From: Blasia pusilla
Lineage: Eukaryota
Direction: 5' to 3'
Assembly: GCA_050084515.1 (NCBI GenBank)
Contig: CM114271.1
Location: 24,924,001-24,988,000, forward strand
Length of the DNA stretch: 64,000 bases
In this document: positions 26,633 through 41,545 of the stretch, in pieces
How positions within the stretch are numbered: the stretch's first letter is position 1
Layout of the letters: the number at the start of each line of letters is the position of its first letter
Program-made: the position numbers and the translations under genes
The notes under the pieces: model-generated
What the model was told of the DNA's origin: nothing
The model's database searches: none
What the model saw: the letters and a program-made list of their open reading frames with translations, nothing else

Positions 26633-29600
26633 TTTTGTACGCATACAGATCGCTACCCAACCCACATCATTGGTCACTTCTACACACCACTTAACACCCA
26701 TCTTCCCCACACTTGAGTCGATCCATCCATAAACCAAAAAAACACACATATATACATTGAGATCCCACAAAAAAAATTAGAGTAAAAATAATACATCCTG
26801 CCTAAAACTCCACTCTTGAATCTACATTGGCATATGGAGCCTCATCCATCCTCTTCCATCAGGGAATTTTGGACGCTAGAACCCTGGTCCTATCTCACAC
26901 ACGAGAAAGAGAGGTGCTCCAACGGCCCAACATGAGAAAGATGGATTGGGAAAGCCATCTCTCACCCTTATATAGGAATGGGAAGAACCAAAAGGCTCTT
27001 CCCCTAAAAATAGCAATCCTCTTGGTAATTTACGCGCACAAATTACCATGGGCGAGTGAACTACTCAACGAGTCACCCGATTGTGAAAGACCCAAATAGG
27101 ATTTTTTTTGGAAACGACATTCCTCATATAACAGACTATCCTCAACCTCATTGGACAACTCAAGGACAAAGTTACATTGAAGATAGTCTGTTGGCTCTCT
27201 ATGACATCGCTACGATAGATCTCTACCTATCAGCGACTACGATGTGACAATTATCGTGCGTGTGCATATCACTACACAACCCACATTGTTGGTCATATCT
27301 ACACATCACACAACATTGATCTTCCCAACGCACGGGTCAATCCATCCATAAACCAAACAAACTCTCACATATACAACGAGACCCCACATGCACAACCGCC
27401 CCTCTAATTGGAAGTTGGATCCCCCTAACTCCAAATAGTAAACACCTATGAACCTGACATGATCTACTATCCTATACACATCTAGCACCATCAATGTCGT
27501 CATCCCCGCAACACTACAACACTGCAAATACCTGCCGTGTTGATCCCTCCGAAGACCAAACCTGCTCCAAACGCTGCCACATAACAAGTATGGTACCCAA
27601 ATATTTGAAGTCTCCATCCCAAGAGCACGAACGTCACATGACTCTATCTCCTCCAAGACACACGCACTACTCCACGCCTGCCTCACGAGCTCCTTTGTAC
27701 CACAAGGCTCGTACCTAACAACGATAAAGAAAAATCTATACCATGGGAAGAGACACCCACCTTGGCATGTCTCTCCATGGGACTATCCGCTATGGGAATG
27801 TCTTCCATATGTATGCTCCTCTCCCCAAACTCTCCTAATCAACTAACACCACTTGTGAATGCTGCCAATGTAGTCACCGTATCCTCACGTGGTCGACCAC
27901 CACTATCCCATGCAAATTGCACTGGTGGATGGCTCACTTGTCCATCACCTGATCGCCACCCTGGCCAATAAGAAACCATCTCCTCCCAGAAATCCAAGAT
28001 AAAACCAAGGGGTTACAACACGGTACTCCCTACCAACACATCATACAACTCTATCGATGTCATAATTGCTCGAGTGCGCACCATCACACTATCTGTCTCA
28101 TGCTCTGGCTGGAGTCTAACCACCAACTCATGTCAAGTCATGTATTGCATGGGTGATACGCCCCCAATAGAGGTCTGTATCTAAAAGGGACAACATTTGA
28201 TGTTGCCTTTCTGTAATCCCAACACTTAACATGCAGCCTTCCCTAACAACAAGGGCTACGCTCTTGAATCAAGTATGACGCGTTTAGGGTGGTACACTCT
28301 GCCTATGCGACTAACCAAGCAAAACACTCCAGCTTGATTATCCAAAAACACCACATCAGGTGTGATCATGGATCGCTCTATTGTTGTCCTAGTTGGCATA
28401 TCTACCAACTTTGTCACCGTAGCATGCTATGACTGAGTGGGGGACGTTCCAAGCACATGCGCCAAGGGCAAGTCCATCACCTCCTCAACTACCTGTGAAC
28501 AAGAGACAGTCACTACCTCTCCAAACTCACAGAATGTGGCGGCCAACCGGAACACCACCGCGCGCTAGCTGGTCTGACTCCCATCTTCGCCAACTCCATG
28601 GCGGAAAACAATGAAGCCTATCTCATCCTAGTGGCCACCTCCAACCACATGGTTGACACTGACTCCATCCGAGTCGACATAAGAATTGTCTCTCCCACTC
28701 CTCGTGATGTGGATGCACTAGTCCCACCCGTGGGCACTACTGGTCGTCGGGGCACCATCAACGGTGTATGAAGTACCTCCAACAACGTGAACGACTAGGG
28801 AACCCTAGCTTGCCACCCATCGGTTCCCTCTTGTGGGTCAATCTCAACCCCACCTCTTGGTGGCTGGGTTACTCTCGGAGCACCCTAGGTCACCACCGTA
28901 GTAGCCTCAACCTGAGCCGCACTACACATAAATCCCATACCACAAGAATCCTCACCCGTGTCGTGGTAAGATGTGGAGGCTTGAGCCACACTAGCTACTC
29001 TCGGCTCCGTGCCTATCCCTAGTTGCATTAGCGTCATGGCAGCAAAACTCTACTCCAAGTGATCCATGCGAGAAAGCGTTGCATCGACTGCACTTCCTCC
29101 ATCTCTTGTGCTTGATGATGGAACTCTACCACCAGGATCATCCACTTCTCAATCTCCACCAACTCTCTCGCTCTCAGGTCCTATGCCTACCTCTAGACGT
29201 ACCTCTCGGCAAAGATCAAAACACCTATCCCTAATGTGACCATTTCGGTGACAATGATCACACTATAACTACGGTGAGGCCATCCGAAGGTGGCTCCTCA
29301 GCAATCGGAGGTGCCCTCAATCCTCTATCATGCTGTGGGCATTCCCTCTGCCTATGTGGCCCACCACACATCCAACAAGCCAAACCTGGTCCCTGTTGGA
29401 TGATATATGTCGGTACGGGTCATTGCCTCATCGGCTCACAATACCCGCCCTACTCTTTGGGCCCATCGGCCCGCTCTTGTGGTACTAGTGCATGTTGGGT
29501 CACTTGTTGGGCTACTCCTACTCGCAAACCCATCGAATCTCTGAAAATCCCGTGGTCACCAACTGCTCCTCACTCATATTGAGCTCTACCCGCTTAGACA

Positions 29601-30670
29601 ACTCGGAGACCATCTTCAATTTGGGCTTCATCATGTGGAGTAACATCGCATCCCAAACTCCCCTCCATAGCTCATGGTCCAACATCTCATACCAATACTG
29701 AACTGAATGCACCTCAGTCACCCCATATGTTGCAATGATCAATCTTTGCATGTGCGTAAATGCCTCTCTTAGACTCTCACCCGATCTCCAATGAAAACCC
29801 TGTAGACTCTTCAGCTTGTCCGTCCGCACGCCTTGATAGCTCCTCCCCAATTGTCGGAAGAACTCCACTGTAGGACTGAAACTTGGTGGCCCTCTACCAC
29901 CAGAGGTCTATGTCACCTCACCACCCTCATTGCCATCCTCTCCATCTAGTCCCCGTGTTGATGGTGTGGGTCTCTCCGTCCTCACTATCCCATTATATGC
30001 CTCGCGGCCACTAGTGGATACATACCCTGGAGCACAATACATCCTCTAGGCATCGATCTCTAGTGAGTGTAGTGATCGAAACTCCATGTAATCATCCATC
30101 GGAGGACCCTCCAAGTGTTGGAACAAACCCTTCCAAGCCATAAAAGGGTTGAACCGCGTTAGGTCTCGTATCTCCTGAAAGTCGCACCATGCATCGAACT
30201 CTTGGATGAAATCGTCTAAGTCAATGGTGCTTACCGCACCTGAGAAACAATGCATGCCCCAATGGCCCATGTCATCCATCTCCTGCCAAGTGACATTGTC
30301 CCTAACTGCGATCTCGTCACTAGACTTGCTGTCTAGTGATGATAATCCAGCTATGGACAGATGTCGAGGTAGCTCCTCACTCCACTCCGTGTCACACCAC
30401 CACTACTGCTCAAACTACCCCATTCTTCCCAACCCTGGAAGAACGGCGTGATGATCACCATGTCTCACCGGCTCAAGCACTCAGACTCATCGAGAGTCTC
30501 CCACACTCCTCACTAGCTCACTTATGCTAATGATAATCCCATAAGGACACACCCAACCTCACGCACACTATGTCCCTTTTGGATTTAGACATTGTTGGAT
30601 ACATCCCAGTTTATCACATGTCAAGTGCGCCTACACATGGCCATGGCTAGCCCCAACATTGTGCTTGACA
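26633..30670 (-). mobile_element. Older diverged relative of the same Gypsy lineage, internally deleted, 5' end not found
   Basis: Gag DLDDFIQEFDAWCD...WKGLFQHLEGPPMDDY; protease VILDS; FGGINT methyltransferase motif I remnant near 27537-27554; B-A-B-like terminal array at about 26633-27396. Confidence 0.8.
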
Positions 30671-30674
30671 CATG

Positions 30675-33600
30675 TGTCGTGCGAATCCACATCGCCATAC
30701 AACATACATCGCTGACATACCATACGCCCATACATACATAACATAGACGAGAGTATCCACAAACGCAAGTGTACCACAACTGAAATGCGTGAAAGACCTC
30801 TTTGTCATAAAACATGTTTACAATCACATACAATCGAGCCAAACCCACTCCACGATGGGAGAATCTAGGTCGAAGCTTGGAAACACCATAGCCAAGAGCT
30901 CTACTCACTACCAAGGCTAACTCCCAAGCAAGAGGCTCAACTCAAAGAATGATCGTTCTTTGAGGGCAAGCCACCTTATATCCTCCAACCTAAGAGCGGG
31001 CCCTACTGGGAAAGTCACCCCCAAGTGAGTAACCCCCAACCCTATGTATGGAACCGCATCTCTACCAAGCCACTACGGTCCTACATAAGGAATGGCCTCT
31101 ACCAAAGACACCATACTCTACGACATAATCCGTATGGTCATGGCGGTGTCGTGCGAATCCACATCGTCATACAACATACATCATTTGACATACCATACGC
31201 CCCCATACATACATAACATAGCGAGTATCCACAAACGCAAGTGTACCACAACTCGCCCCCCTAACTGGCGGTTAGGTCCCTCTAACTCCCAGGTATCCCT
31301 ATACATCTACTACATGCTATACACCTTCTTGGGTGCCCGAATCAGAAGGCCGGGTGCTAGGTTGCCCCATCATTAGTCGCACATCTGTAATCCATATCAT
31401 GCAAAGATCAAGTCATCTACCTCTCCTAAGTACATCGAGGACAAACCCACCTTCCAGTAGGAACAACATCCAAACGTGGAGTCAAACACATCATGTGCCA
31501 ACCCCTAGAACACCGATCACACACCAACATACGGGTGCGTTACCGATACCCACACAACATGCACCTCAAGCTAGCACCTATCATGGCTAAGCTTGGGTCA
31601 ACAATACCATCCACATTTGGAAGATGACATGGCGCACAATTACGCACATGGTCCTTCCAAACAACTCCATCACGACCCTCCAACATGAGAACTCAAAAGC
31701 TAACACCTCACGCACTCGTAAAATAGTGCGACTGCCGTCACATCCAACGTTGTCGGGCAATCTGCTGCAAATAGACATAGTCCCCACATGGAACCTCTGA
31801 ATCGATGGTCGATAACCTCCACCCGAATGGTTGCATACCGCAAGCGTATCCTGTGTTGAGCAATGGCAAGATTCTCAAGGTTGTTGGCATAACTCTCGAA
31901 AAGAGCTCCGCCGTTGAGAACACACCCTCATCCACATCTGGGTCATCAAGGTTCACCACCTCACTAGACTCAAGAATTCTTTCTTTGGCAAGTCGGATCT
32001 CGGCCGTATAATGAGAAAATAAGGTGAGAAGAAGCCAAGGATGCTTGGCGGTGAACCTATACCCCATGGCTAACCATGGCAACTCAATATCCCGGTCTCA
32101 AGATGCCCCTTACTGTAGGCCATACTTGCGCAATGCCCTCTTCACCGTCGAACCACACGCTCAGCCAAACCATCCGCCTCTAGATGATCTCGAGGCGTGG
32201 TCCGATGATCAATCAACGCCTTGTCACACAAGACTGAAACTCACCTGAAACTCTGTACCCTGGTCGGTGAGCACTTCGGTGGTGCACCAAAATGACTAAG
32301 CACTCTATCAAGAAAGCATCGCCGTTCCTCACTTGCCTTGTCGGTAATGCCACCAACTCAATCCACTTGGAGAAGTGCTCCACCATCACCAACACATATC
32401 GATGATGTAAATGCGATCATGATAACGGTCCCCATAAAGTCCACACTCCAACGGTAACCCAACCCCATAATAGGCAAGGGGTGTAATTGTGGTGTAGGGG
32501 CATTAAATGATGCCCTCACCCGGTCACAAACCATACAACGTGACACCAAGCTGCTGCTGCACTGAGTATGCATGCCACGCCACCAATACTAGCCAAGGAG
32601 TAAGCTATCGTCGCTTTACCCCAAAATGTCCCAACTCCTCATGGGCATGTCGCTGTCGCTCTCTCTGAGCCAAATGTGGCACTACTCGTACTCTACCATC
32701 CTCCCCACACGGAGAATATGTGTTCCCTCAATCGATACCTCTTAGCACGTTGAAGAACACGGTCTCGCTCCTTGGCACTCACTATGCTGGCACCCTCTTG
32801 GTCGTAGGAACTCCAACACCAACGCATCATCATGAATATCACGCTGATCCGTACCACCATCTCCAACCTTAGGATCTGAAGGTGGCCATCTACCCTCGAC
32901 TAGAGTAAGATATCATGTGGTCCTCCATACTAGAGTCCACCCCTAACCAACATAAAAAGGCGGATGCATGCCAACTGGCACCATCTCCTCATCAACCCCG
33001 CCATGCCATCTAGCCCGAGTTGTATCCTCTTGGCTAGTACATGGGTTCCTACTCAACCCATCAAGCATCAAGGTTGGCAACTCAGGTCTATGTACCACCT
33101 GGAAGTCATACTCTGTAAGATAAGAGCCCACCGTGCAAGCTTCCTGTAAGCTTGTCCGACTCCATCAACCACTTGAGCGGTTGGTGATCAGTAACAAGGG
33201 TAAAGCGTGTGCCAAACAAGTAACACCTAAAGTGTGCCCACCCACACTCTTGCCAAGCACTCTCCCTCATATGAACTATAAGCGTGACTCATTTGCATTA
33301 TTGAACGACTTGCATAGGCCACCACAAACTCCATGTGCTCATCATCATGTTGTGTCAACACCGCTCCAAGTCCCAACCTACTCCAATCGTGTGTATGGCT
33401 GAAATGGGCGCCCTCGATAGGTCTCCTCAAGATAGGCGCCGCCACCAAGCTGGGCCTTAAGCTCCACAAAAGCTCTCTCGTGATCATCTCCCCCAATGCC
33501 ACTCTTGATCTGATTTCAACAATTGGTTCAAAGGCTTTTTGCCATAGCACTAAATCCCTTCACATACCTCCGATAGTAGTTTGCCAATCCCATGAATGCT

Positions 33601-36600
33601 CGAACTCTACTCACATCTATCGGACGGAATAAGTGCAATAGCCTCCACCTTTGCTTCTTTGAACTCCCAAACCACCTGGATAGATCACATGACCCAAGTA
33701 CTCAACATCCTCATGGAAGAACTTACACTTTCTGGATGCAAGCGTAGACCATGAGCTTTCAACCGCTCAAACACCATCTGCAAATGTATCGATGCTCCTC
33801 CACCGTGTTCTTTGAACACCAAGATATCATCAATGTAACACCGAACAAAATCCAACCTGCTAGGATCCTATCCATCACTCTTTGAAACTCGGCGGTGCAT
33901 TCTTCAACCCAAAGGGTAAGAATTTCCCTTTGGTACAAACAATCCTTGCCATGAGAGTTGACACCCCAAAATCTTTGTCTTGGCCTTGTCACTCTCCCGA
34001 ATCGGCAATTGATGGTATCTGCCGAAGATCCAAAATCTGAAAATCTTTACTGTCCCACCACATCAAAGATCTCCTCAAGTGTAGGCATGGCATACCTATC
34101 GGCCTTGGTTTGCCGATTGATAGGGACGGTAATCTCCACACATCCGCCTATCCGTGTAGTTGCCATGCATATCCTTTTTAGCGAGCATGACGGTGGTGAT
34201 GCATACTCTCCATGCGACAACTCCACTAATCCGGCCTCCAAAGGTCCAACGTCCTACTCGAATCAAGTCCCTCTCCATATCACTATATCGGTAGGGACGA
34301 CGGAAGATTAGCGTATCACTAGCCAAATCAATCCGTATCCGGGTCCAACTTGAGAGAACCCAACTCCTTCATGCTAAAGGCAAAACAACTCCTATAAGCA
34401 CGTAGGAAGCTGTGTCAGCGTCGTTTCTCACCTCCCGTAAGCTTGGGCCCAAGTAATGGCTCCCAAGTCTCCTCCTTTGGCACACTAGAGGAGAGGGCGA
34501 TGCCATTGGGGTTGCTCATAACCCCCTCACAAGATGGTACACCCTTAGCTACACCATCATCGAGCAAATAACTCCTCCACCAACATGAGCAACCAACTCC
34601 ACATGCCCAGCCATTACATCCCATCTACTCCAAGGATGCAAAATACTACTCTCCTCGCCCCAACCGATGCCTCTACCGTCCGGTAGCCATCGAGCTCATT
34701 ACAAGGGTGGAAGACCCACAGACATAGTCGAAGTCGATTTATTTGCTCGGCCATACCAAGACTCAAAATCCAAGTCAAACAATTCAGGTCCATGGCTTTG
34801 ACCCAACACATGGCGTCGTGAAGCCTCGAGAAATAGAAGCAACCATTTGTCACACGATAGTAAATCCCGCCGCGCGCTCTTTCTCTCATCAGCGTTAGGC
34901 TCCACCAACTATCGCACATGAGAATCCCATACAAGCCCGGACCACCTTCCCTGTAGGCATGTGGCGAGGAAAACTCACAAATGTGGGTAGTGCCATCCTA
35001 GGTGGCCCACACGGTTCCTTGCCATGGGTGACCGATCAATAACCCTCACCACTTGGGAAAGTCGCCCGGTATCAAGATACTATCCTTTGTAAGGCGAGGA
35101 TCGCCTTTGCATCATATGCTCGACGTAGAACCTCCCTAGGCAACAAGTTTGTCCACCACAAGCGTGGGCGATGTGCATCTTGAGCCAACTCATGTTGCAT
35201 CCAACAACACCACTGGTCCAATCCAAGAGCGCACCTCATGAACACTCGCCATCATCCGGGTCGAGTGTCACCCAACAATGGAACATTCTCGAATGTAAGC
35301 TAGAGCACGTGTGCGATGAACTGAAGATGTCGTAACACCCGTAACATCTCCCAAAACAATCGAGACCTAGGGTCATGTAATCCCTCACCACGACCAAAGA
35401 CGTGTATGACCACGACATGGCCATCCGGCAATCACCAAATCCACGGGACCAATTCTCTCAAGGTCCTGCGCCCCAACAATGCAATGTGTGATGGTAAAAG
35501 CATTTGGTACCCACGAATAGGTGATGGCGGCAACAACTCAGGATATCTCGCATCAAGCGACCAATATGTCGGGATGAGACTCTCTGGGCCGTCTCATCTC
35601 GCTCCACATACACGTATCTCTCATGCAGGGAATACCGGCTGCAACACTGCGACCAAACCAGTGCTAATCCCACCAAAGAGATCTAACACACAAATGCCCT
35701 CCGGTGGATCGCCATACAATGGGTGTAGTATCCAAGGGATAACAAGCTGGGCGTAGTAGGAGTCCGCCGTGGGGCCTCCTCTTCCTCGTGAGGTATGACC
35801 TCACACCAAGCCTCTGCACTAGGCGTCGCCTCTGCCGTAGTGCACCGCTTTGAACTCCAAAGTGGCACATCCAACGATGAGGATGCCCTTTGCTGCAAAA
35901 ATAGGGACCTCCTCTTCCTCCTCATCATGCGGGAGAATCCATAGCGAAACATTACCCTCAAAAAGTCTCTGGCCAAGTGACTACTCCACTAAAACCCGAC
36001 CCACGGATGCTAACACTTTGTTGGGAAGACCCTCTGGTCGAGCCCGAAATAAATCTCACAGGAACTTGGCTCATCGTCCATCCCGGACTGCCAACCTGGT
36101 CTATAAGATCTTTGTCTCGATCCGATAATCCATCGAAAACCCATCGGGTACAATCTGCTCCTCCAACTAGTACATCACACGACTCGGTGATGTGACTACA
36201 TGAATACTCCCAACCGGGAGCTATCGATCGCATGATCTGGTCTCAAGCTGTCAGAAAACTTCTCCGTGTCATGAATTGAGACCTATCATTGGCTCCTCCA
36301 AGTGATGTTTGAATCTGGAATGGGCAAGGCTCAAGCTCGACCTCGAATACCCAAACCAATACATGCCGCCTTTCCCAACATCAAGGTTGGGCACGAGTCT
36401 AACAAGACTCTATCTAGTCTATACACTGTCTGTAGGACTCACCAATCGGAAGATCCCACTCGGTTGTCCAACATACATACACCAGGTGTAAGCCTCTCAC
36501 GATCAATGGCTGGGCGGGTGGTAATGCATCCATCTTCGCATTTCTTTGCTTTGCCTGTAAGTAGCTTTGGTACTCAATGCTACTCGACATAGAGGGTCGC

Positions 36601-39600
36601 TCCACGCAACACCCTCATCCACCTCAACACGTGTAGCGATAACACCCCACGTTCACACAAGCGTGGTGCTAAGCTGAAATACTGGAGCTAAGTCAACTCC
36701 TAAAGCCATCGGCTCCATGGCGAAAATAATGGGGATCCCAACCTTTGAAGTTGCCATCCGCAATCTTTGCATTGGATCTTTGCATCCGTGTCTACTACGC
36801 GATGTAGATGCCTCGATCCCCACTGTTGGCTCAATAGGCTGCCTAGGAACCATGGATGGAGTCTAAGCACCTCAGACAACAAGAATGACCAGGGAAGCCT
36901 AGCTGCCTCCCGGCCTCACCCCTCTGTGGGTCCAACTCCTGAGTAGCACCACGTGGCTCGGCGCTCAAGTGGCTCCTCTAAATAGCTGCGGCTGATGCCT
37001 CAACTTTGTCTTTGCACTCGCCATATAAGAGAGATCATCCCCTCCATAAGAGGTGGAAGCCCCTACTCCCGAACCTGATCTATCTTTGGATACCGACCAG
37101 TAGTAGCCAACTGCTCAAGCTGCTCAATCACGGCGACCATAGGCGACTCTGTCGTAGTGGTAGGGGTAGCCACCGTAGGCTCTCCAACCACTGGTCCACC
37201 TCTACCACCCCTACCACCTCTACCACCTCGGCCTCTCGGAGCTACTCCACCACGGCCACGGCTGATCTCAACTACGGATGAAGATCAAAGCAACGCTCTT
37301 GTGGATGACCTAGTCTCCCAATGATCACACTTGAGTTGGGGCCGATTGAGGCCCATCCTCCAAAGTCCGTCTCCCATCCTCTTGGGACAAAACTTCCTAA
37401 CATGATCACCTCCACATGTCCAACATGATTGTCTTTCTTTGGGGCAGCAAATGAAGGCAATGGTCTCTGCACAAATGTCCCTCTAGGACTTGGATCGAGG
37501 TCGCGTGTACCCCCACGACCCACTACTACTACCACCACCACTACTATGAGGCTGTGAGGTGGGCGGTGAACACGAAGTAGTAGTTGTATCCCCTCTTGAA
37601 TGCGGATGTCACCACTCTCTCCTTCACCATGTTAAGCTCAATCTTCTCAGATAAAGCAAACACATGGGTCAATGTGGGTGAATCATCACTCATAAGAGTA
37701 GCATCACGTACCCTACGGCGCAAATCTCTGTCCAAGATCCCATACCAAAACTGGACTGCTGATCCTCGTCACACACTGGGTAATAGCTGAAATCAAGCGT
37801 CGCATACAGTGTATGCCTCACGAAGACTCTCACGATCTTTCGCTCAAAGTCTGAAGATTCCTCAACTTCTCCGTCTTCACTCCCTGATAGTTCTTCTTCA
37901 AACTCTTGAAGAACTCTGCAACCGGGTTGAACGATGGTGGGGCACTAGTACCTCCACTAGTACCCCCACTAGTACCTCCACTGGTACCCCCATTCCGGCT
38001 CGTACTCGTACCACTCAACGTCGGGCTGGCTGGCATAGTAGGAGCACTACTACCAATACCACCATGGGTGATAGACACATAGCCTGGAGACCAATATTGT
38101 CTCCATGCCTCAATCTCAGCAACATGGTCCTTCCTAAACTCATGGTAATCATCCATGGGTGGTCCTTCAAATCTTTGAAACAACCCCTTCCAAGCCAAGA
38201 AGGGTGTAAACAACGTGGCGTTCGCAACATCTGCATATCACACCACGTATCAAACTCTGCATGAAGTCCTCCAACTCAATGGTGCCCCCTTTGCACCGAG
38301 TATCGTCGTGGGCCCTTCATGGCCCCATATCCACCGTCCATGTCCCAAATCAATGGAGCTGCAACACTCGATAACAACGTAGAAGACTCGGTGTTTGGAA
38401 CACCCTGATCCTCCTCTTCATCAACCGTCGGAAGTGGAAAAGGTAACCGATACCTAAATCCACTCCGTGTGAAACCACCACTGTCCGCACCACGGTCCCC
38501 AACAGACCACCCGACAACTCGTGATGACCAACGCCGATGCCGCACCACCACCAAATTACCCAAGTGCGTCGATGTCGCTCTACTATTGTAGCTCTACTAG
38601 CTATGGGTGTAGGCAATCTAACCTCTCATCACTACAAGAAGCCTCCCACGGTCTACGGGTCATCCCCAGCCCCACTATCGGTAGCACACGGGAGTAACAC
38701 TACTACGGAAATCAGCGTCAACCCTAACAATGGCGCGCAAGCAAAAAGCACGATGGAGGGGATCCAAACACAGGAAGTCCAACGACAACCCTCCAACCGC
38801 AAATGGAAATCAAGGTAACACAATCCACCAAACGTGGTGCCCCCTGAATCCACAAAACCCACCACACAATTCTAACGCAATAGCTACTCCGCGGCGGGTC
38901 GATAACGTACTAGTCGAACTCGCGAGACTGAAAATATCACTGCATGGAGAGGCTACACCGTACTATGCGCTAGAGGTACATCAACCAAAAACCTGAGATG
39001 CATAAAGCGCCTAACACATCTCGAACATCACCAAATGAGCTACAACGGTGTGTACGGCATAGTTAAGAACTCAGCGATTAAGCGTCCTCCAGGCAGAATA
39101 GCCCAAAGATGGGTGACCAGTTATGCAAAACTCAAATCCCAAATCCTGCAAAAATTGCCTCACCTCCAAGCAAGCAAGCTTGCTTGCTTGCTCCTTGCTC
39201 CTTACTCCGCCTCTCACGCACACTCGCCCCGAGCTACCACGAGTTGCCTCGAAGCCTCGAAACGCCGAGACATGCCCCTATCGCCCCGTTCGCCACGCTT
39301 CGCCATGCTTCGCTATGGAGAGAGGTCCAACCAGGGCGCCCCCAACGGGATAGGCGTCTCCAACAATGAACAAGTCACCAACCAACCAGCCCCTCCGATC
39401 CATTTGTCCACCATAGCGGACCTTGAGCTAGTCGCGAAATTTCGATCAAAAATTACTTCACAAATCGTGACCGAAATCAAATCTGTTTCGATCAGAATTC
39501 AATTGACCACCATAGCTATCTCCCCACAAAAACTCAGCTACAACCGAGCTCCGTACTCGAGCTAAAAATCAGACAAACTTCTTTGTCCATACACCTCTAG

Positions 39601-40391
39601 AACCGCCAAATCCCGGCGCTTCCGCCAAGTTTCATGCACGCAGAAATCCATAACGCTCCACGCACTTGAGCGAGATAGCTTCACATGAGATCACAATACA
39701 AGTAGCAATAGGAACCTCTCACCCGATCTGGATGAACTTCAACAGAGCTTCCGACTCCAAGCTCTCCACATCGGAAAAGCGTCGAACCACACGAAGAATC
39801 TTCAATGCTTGATAACTTCCAACTCCCTTGACGAAATCCGCGATCTACAGCGTTGGAAAGCTCTCAGCAAGGCGCTTCTTTCCCAACCAACCACGCACCT
39901 GATTCACACCTCCAACATAGGCAACAAGCTCCGAACATCCACGGCTGAGTACACAATCAGCCCTAACCGAGATCCTCTTGATCTACAATCGAAGCTACCA
40001 TCGATCTACTCCAGTTCTTTGAGTGAAATGCGTGAAAGACCTACTGTCATAAAACACGTTTACAATCACATACAATCGAGCCAAACCCACTCCACGATGG
40101 GAGAATCTAGGTCGAAGCTTGCGGGAAACACCATAGCCAAGAGCTCTACTCACTACCAAGGCTAACTCCCAACGCAAGAGGCTCAACTCAAAGAACTGAC
40201 TGTTCTTTGAGGGCAAGCCACCTTATATCCTCCAACCTAAGAGCGGGCCCTACTGGGAAAGTCACCCCCAAGTGAGTAACCCCCAACCCTATGTATGGAA
40301 CCGCATCTCTACCAAGCCACTACGGTCCTACATAAGGAATGGCCTCTACCAGCACACCATACTCTACGACATAATCCGTATGGTCATGACA
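30675..40391 (-). mobile_element. DNMT-PHD Gypsy copy B, about 9.7 kb, A-internal-B-A-B, many indels
   Basis: Perfect TSD CATG (30671-30674 and 40392-40395). A1 40024-40391, PBS 40013-40023, B1 about 31147-31252, A2 about 30781-31145, B2 30675-30780. All domains are present as fragments. Confidence 0.95.
34750..35695 (-). pseudogene. Copy B DNMT3-like methyltransferase domain, full span but frameshifted
   Basis: Fragments YVYVERDETAQRVSSRHI, EPNADER and CWVKAMDLNCLTWILSLG are collinear with copy C. Confidence 0.85.
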
Positions 40392-41503
40392 CATGCTCCT
40401 CTTGAGCTTCACCATGGGGCATCAATGCACTCGCCTTTACCATATGTTGTTATGTCTACATGCTTCCTCCTATTGGATTATAAGAGGTCTACTTGAAACT
40501 GGGTATAACCTAGCTTATCACTTGTCAATGATGAGGCTTTGTCTAGAGCACTAGAAAAAAGGATTAGTTTTATGGTGATGGATATGCTAGCTTGTTGTCA
40601 ATGGGATTTATTGGTGAAGTGATAGAGTGACGATTTAGAGAGGTCACAACACTTAAAGTAGTTAATGGGTTCCTTCCTTATTTCTAAAATACAAAAACCT
40701 CAAAATGGACAAATGAGATCTCTCTTAGTTTTTCTCGGGGTTTTTCTTAGGTTAGGAAATTTCTAGAATAATTTGAAATTATTTTAAGAAAAAATATATT
40801 TTTCTAAAATGGAAAACTCTCTATCATTCATAATACTTAAAATATTTAAATAGGACACTAGTATATCACACATGCATTATTACCATACATTTGAATGACG
40901 TTAGTTCATATTAATCCTCATATCTGTTTGATGCATGATTTTAAAAAAAATTCCAACATCTCTTTCCTACCATATTCACATGCTTCCTCTTACTTCCTAA
41001 ACCATCTCTTTCTATCTAAATCCCCCTTGCCACCTATTCATTCAAAAAACTCTCCACCTCCATCTTACTATTTTGAAAGAAAGATTCCATACTCCATCCT
41101 TAATCCCCTCTTAGCTGTTGATATATTGTAAAACCTTCAATCCCACTTTTTTCTTCCTTGAACTTATCCACCTAGTTTTAAACTACCCTAAACCCCAACC
41201 CCAACCCCAACCCCATCCTTCTCACCCTCCCAATTTCTTCATTTAGAAATCCTCCCATTCTCACCTTCTTATTTTGGGGAAAAAAATAAAATAAGAGAAA
41301 TTCTTCCACCCCCATCCCCTTCCTTATTTGGGCAAATGAATAAGCCTTCTTGATTCCCACCATGTCATTTAAAAGAAAAGAAAAGAAATTAAACCAAACT
41401 TACTCATGCTACTAACCTTGAACTCCCATATCTCTCATTTCCTTATTTTGGAGAAGAAAACCCTTCCCCATGCCACCAAGGGAAATAATATCCTAGGGCG
41501 TTA

Positions 41504-41507
<4 letters not shown>

Positions 41508-41543
<36 letters not shown>
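41508..41543. repeat. (TA)n microsatellite
   Basis: Uninterrupted TA run of about 18 units. Confidence 0.95.

Positions 41544-41545
<2 letters not shown>

Noticed and set aside
30620-30670. Short TGTCAAG...CTTGACA inverted repeat beside copy B
   Set aside because: Only 7 bp, compatible with chance; copy B's end is already fixed by its CATG TSD.
31380-38400. Dense frameshifts in copy B as possible programmed recoding
   Set aside because: The indels are scattered and not shared with other copies; decay or sequencing error is more likely.
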